From Azolla caroliniana (lineage: Eukaryota; Plantae; Polypodiophyta): 64,000 nt of DNA. How positions within the stretch are numbered: the stretch's first letter is position 1; each line of letters opens with the position of its first letter. The translations under genes were made by a program, and so were the position numbers. The notes below the pieces were generated by a model. That model saw nothing but the letters and a program-made list of their open reading frames with translations, did not search any database and was not told the origin of the DNA. Shown here one piece after another: positions 60,701 through 64,000 of the stretch. The stretch spans positions 13,082,001 to 13,146,000 of the forward strand of contig JBHGNT010000021.1 in assembly GCA_043228905.1 (NCBI GenBank), given 5' to 3'.

Positions 60701-62939
60701 GGGTTACAATTATTTTAAAAGAAACCCAATAAGCATCTAGATCTATTGTGAGTAGTAAGTTGTTATATGTTAATAATGTCTAAATAGAATGCAATTGTTT
60801 TACATAAACATATCTAATCAATACAATGGACAAAAAAAGGGGTCAATCGATATGATGAAATCAAGCATAATAAATTGTCAATTTTACCACATCTTTAATT
60901 ACCTATCACAATTATGCCATGTTCTCTAGTACTCTGGGCTTGTGTAAAGAAAGCGATCAACGTAGTGACCAAGTGCCACTACAATAATATCATAAATATG
61001 TTGCAACTACTTTAAAAAGCCATACAAGTTGAAGAGTACTCCAAGAACATGACATGCATGAGGAATATCGTTTTGAGAAGAAAACATATATGGATATGTA
61101 AAAGATTCAAACATCATGATTTTCTAGATGAAATTAACAATGATTGATCTCAAACTTTTGAGATCAGTGCCTTAAGCTACTTAAGATTTCTACTAGTTTT
61201 TTGTTTGTTTTGTTTTTTTGGTTGGAAGCTAGCTTCAAACTATCATCCATAGCGTGATAGTCCCATTGTGGGTACAATTAAAACTCTAGAAAAACATTGT
61301 TTTTGCCTCATGAATTACTCGCATGACGATTGGATTGATTGAACATATATTTTGTACAGTTTTCTTATAATATTTCTTCACAAACAAAGGTTGTCATCCT
61401 TGCTAAAACATGTGTGAGCATCTACAAGATAATCTATGCCTCTTCAAGAGGTACAACTCAAAGTACTAACACGCTATATTACCATGTGGACTGGTTAGGT
61501 TATAGAACTAGTGATGAAATGTGGGAAAACACGCAAAGAAACTTGCTAATTTCCCAACTTTTGTAGTGATTTTCCTTGTGGGTATCTTTATAAGATAAAT
61601 TATGACTCCTAGAACTTGTCAAGAAAGAGGGGAATTTTGTCATTATTAGGTCATACATGTTTTCCTTCAGGAGGAAGGTGGGAGAGACTTCTCCAATGTC
61701 CCAAAGCCTTCACCAATGATCAACGTATAACATTTAACATATGGTATAGTAACATTTACATGTTATCAGAACATTAAAAATAAACACTATATGATAATTA
61801 CAGTTATAGGATAATGTATGAAAGCAAATTATTTCAGCTCAACACTAGTCTTTGATAGCTATGAACGCTTGAAGATAGAGAAAGCTCTAGAATCAAGCCG
61901 TCGAGGAGTAATTTTAGTGTCATCACTCATTTTTCCTCGTCGAAGATAAACTGAAATAATGGTTCCACGTTCTATCTTTGCGTTTTGAAGTGCCATTGCC
62001 ACCTAGTTTGCAGGACACTAAGTTTCCTAAAACATGGTGTCACAGGTTTGACTCTTGTTGTGCAAAATCTTTAATGCATAACTTCCTTTCAAGAACTCCA
62101 ATTGGTGAACTAGTAATTTCTCCATTACCCTCATGGAATTCTCAACAAATTTCTGATTCAAATCCTTGAAATGAGGACCCAAAATCGTTCTTGCACAACT
62201 TTAAGGCAGTTATATATGTAAAATTTGATTTGTTGCATGTATTAAGAAGCTGGAAATGTCGTTGTAATCCTTGTTCGATTGCAAATCACAAGAACAAAAC
62301 TACAAGTCTCTGTTCAACCTTATAGGGTTCAATACAAGAAGATAAGTGTAATATTGGCAAATCACTTTAATTTCGCAGAATTAGAGAATAAGATACAAGT
62401 AGTTTAACAAATTATCATTGTCAAGTAGAATGAGATGAAGACACCAAGCCAAAGACAGTTGGGAGAAGATTTTGAGTTTTGGGAAAGTGGGTATTGACCA
62501 ACTATGTCAGCTTTGATTAGTTCATAGCCCACCCATGCACCTTGTTCAATCATCATCCTATTTCATTCTGTCTATCAACAAAGCCCCTCTCCAAAACATC
62601 TCTTCGAAATTCCACAACCCTAACAATGAGCTCCATTGTTGAATAAATAATGTTTTGGCATGCATCTATATTCTTATCCTAACATGGGGACCTAATGCTA
62701 ACCGACATTCTTGCTACTTCATTATATCTTACACATGTCCCTTTCATGGAACCTAGTTGGGTTCAAACCCTTGGATTTATTGTTCAAGGGTGAACACCTT
62801 AGCTATCTTTAGTTGTTAGCTTAATTCTCGTCTTGTCACTTTTTCTTTGGATCCTCTTCTTCCAGAATCTTGATCTACCAAAAAACTTGACCTCTAGGTT
62901 CTTTTTTCCCTATGAACATGCCGCATTGTGACAACATTT

Positions 62940-63635
62940 TGTTGGGCTAAAAGTCCCACTCTACCCATTATATCCTAGTGTTAACACTCCTGAAGGGGGT
63001 TAGGGCTTAGTTACCCTAACTATAAATAAGAGGGAATGAAGTATTATAAAGAAGTTCGGCGGGATTTGAATAACAACTGTCTCTTGAGCTCTCAAACTAT
63101 GTAAGTGTCTTTTTCTCTATTTCTGTCTTTGTCTTTGAGATTAACAATGCACCATTCCATTTTATACCTACTTCATGTTTGCCAACTCTATTCAACAAGA
63201 TCCATACACGTTTCCACATCAATTGGCCAATCTCACACATCATGGCTGACCAAGACACACATAGTGTCAACAATTGGTATCAAACCTTGTTGGAGTTGAG
63301 CAACATCAACACAAGGAGAAGGCAAATCATCTGAAGGAAAAGACCAGGCCTAACTCTGGCTTCGACATCTGACACCGACTGTGAAATATGTAAGTTCGAT
63401 GATAAATTTTTTGCCCTCTGCAAGGAAATGATGCAGGATGTGTTGATAATCCGACGCCAAATAGAGTCTATTCAACACAGTGACAAGCTGACATCAATGA
63501 TAGTAGACGAATGGCGATCACTCGACGAGATAGTGAGGTCGACCATCCGAATGCACTTGGTCGAGAATGTCTACTTTAGCACGGCCAAGGAGACGATTGC
63601 ATTCACCCTATGGAAGAAGCTACAAACCATATATG
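62940..63635 (+). mobile_element. Copia relic F (5' LTR 62940-63272, Met-type PBS 63275-63286, gag N-terminus)
   Basis: tgttggg...tcaaca LTR with tataaata, PBS tggtatcaaacc, gag-like EWRSLDEIVRSTIRMHL...LWKKLQTIYE. Confidence 0.8.
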
Positions 63636-64000
63636 AGTCGATGGGGGAAGGAAAATTTCTGGCCCAACAAGTAGTGCAGGTACTTATTCACATTATATAC
63701 GATTCCAAGTGCTTCTCTTTCCATCGTTGAATAGTTCTGTTCCACTTTTGACAATTTCTTGTTGGCATAATATAACAGTTGATACCAATTTAGCTCTGAC
63801 AATTGCATTAGTGCGCTCCTGATCACCACGTTCGATGCATCGACGAATACATGGAAATCCAATTGGGGCTGGACTATTGGGGCTTGGGACAACATCACCT
63901 TCAAAGTTCGGTAGAACTTTTCTTTGACGTCCGTCCACTGAAATGGCACCTGATGGACGATGCCATGTAAAGGTGTGGCAAAATCTACTAAATACCGTAG
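63620..64000 (-). pseudogene. Gypsy RT-connection/RNase H fragment
   Basis: FQWT, FHVFVDASN, EQNYSTMEREALGIVY, HYLLG. Confidence 0.85.

Noticed and set aside
52600-62200. Host gene exons in the AT-rich region
   Set aside because: Only short ORFs with no recognisable domains or consistent exon structure. Small exons cannot be excluded.
62230-62936. Possible solo LTR ending gacaaca
   Set aside because: No matching TSD or second copy could be identified.

Overview
Repeat-dense eukaryotic DNA, most likely from a land plant and probably a non-seed plant (inferred from the plant tRNA-Trp primer-binding site (PBS), a Tcn1-like chromovirus and a fungal-like FLDD gypsy lineage). No conventional host gene is recognisable. 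Positions 1-9662 are the right part of a large, apparently intact Sola2-type DNA transposon. Its ~863-aa transposase is split by a 1.5-kb intron made almost entirely of a 20-bp palindromic satellite. It also carries a second satellite array, an 83-bp subterminal array and cargo ORFs, including an FCP1/NIF-like (pseudo)phosphatase. Positions 9663-50614 are a deep nest of LTR retrotransposons: several Copia relics, an unclassified LTR element, a probably self-priming chromovirus, and a tRNA-Trp-primed gypsy lineage. That lineage has autonomous-type relics and young pol-less derivatives encoding Gag plus a long disordered repeat tail. Its insertions have 4-bp target sites centred on CpG. Positions 50615-62900 are AT-rich and largely uninterpretable, and further Copia/gypsy relics begin at 62940. 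All coordinates were read by eye, and family names come from motif recognition rather than database searches.
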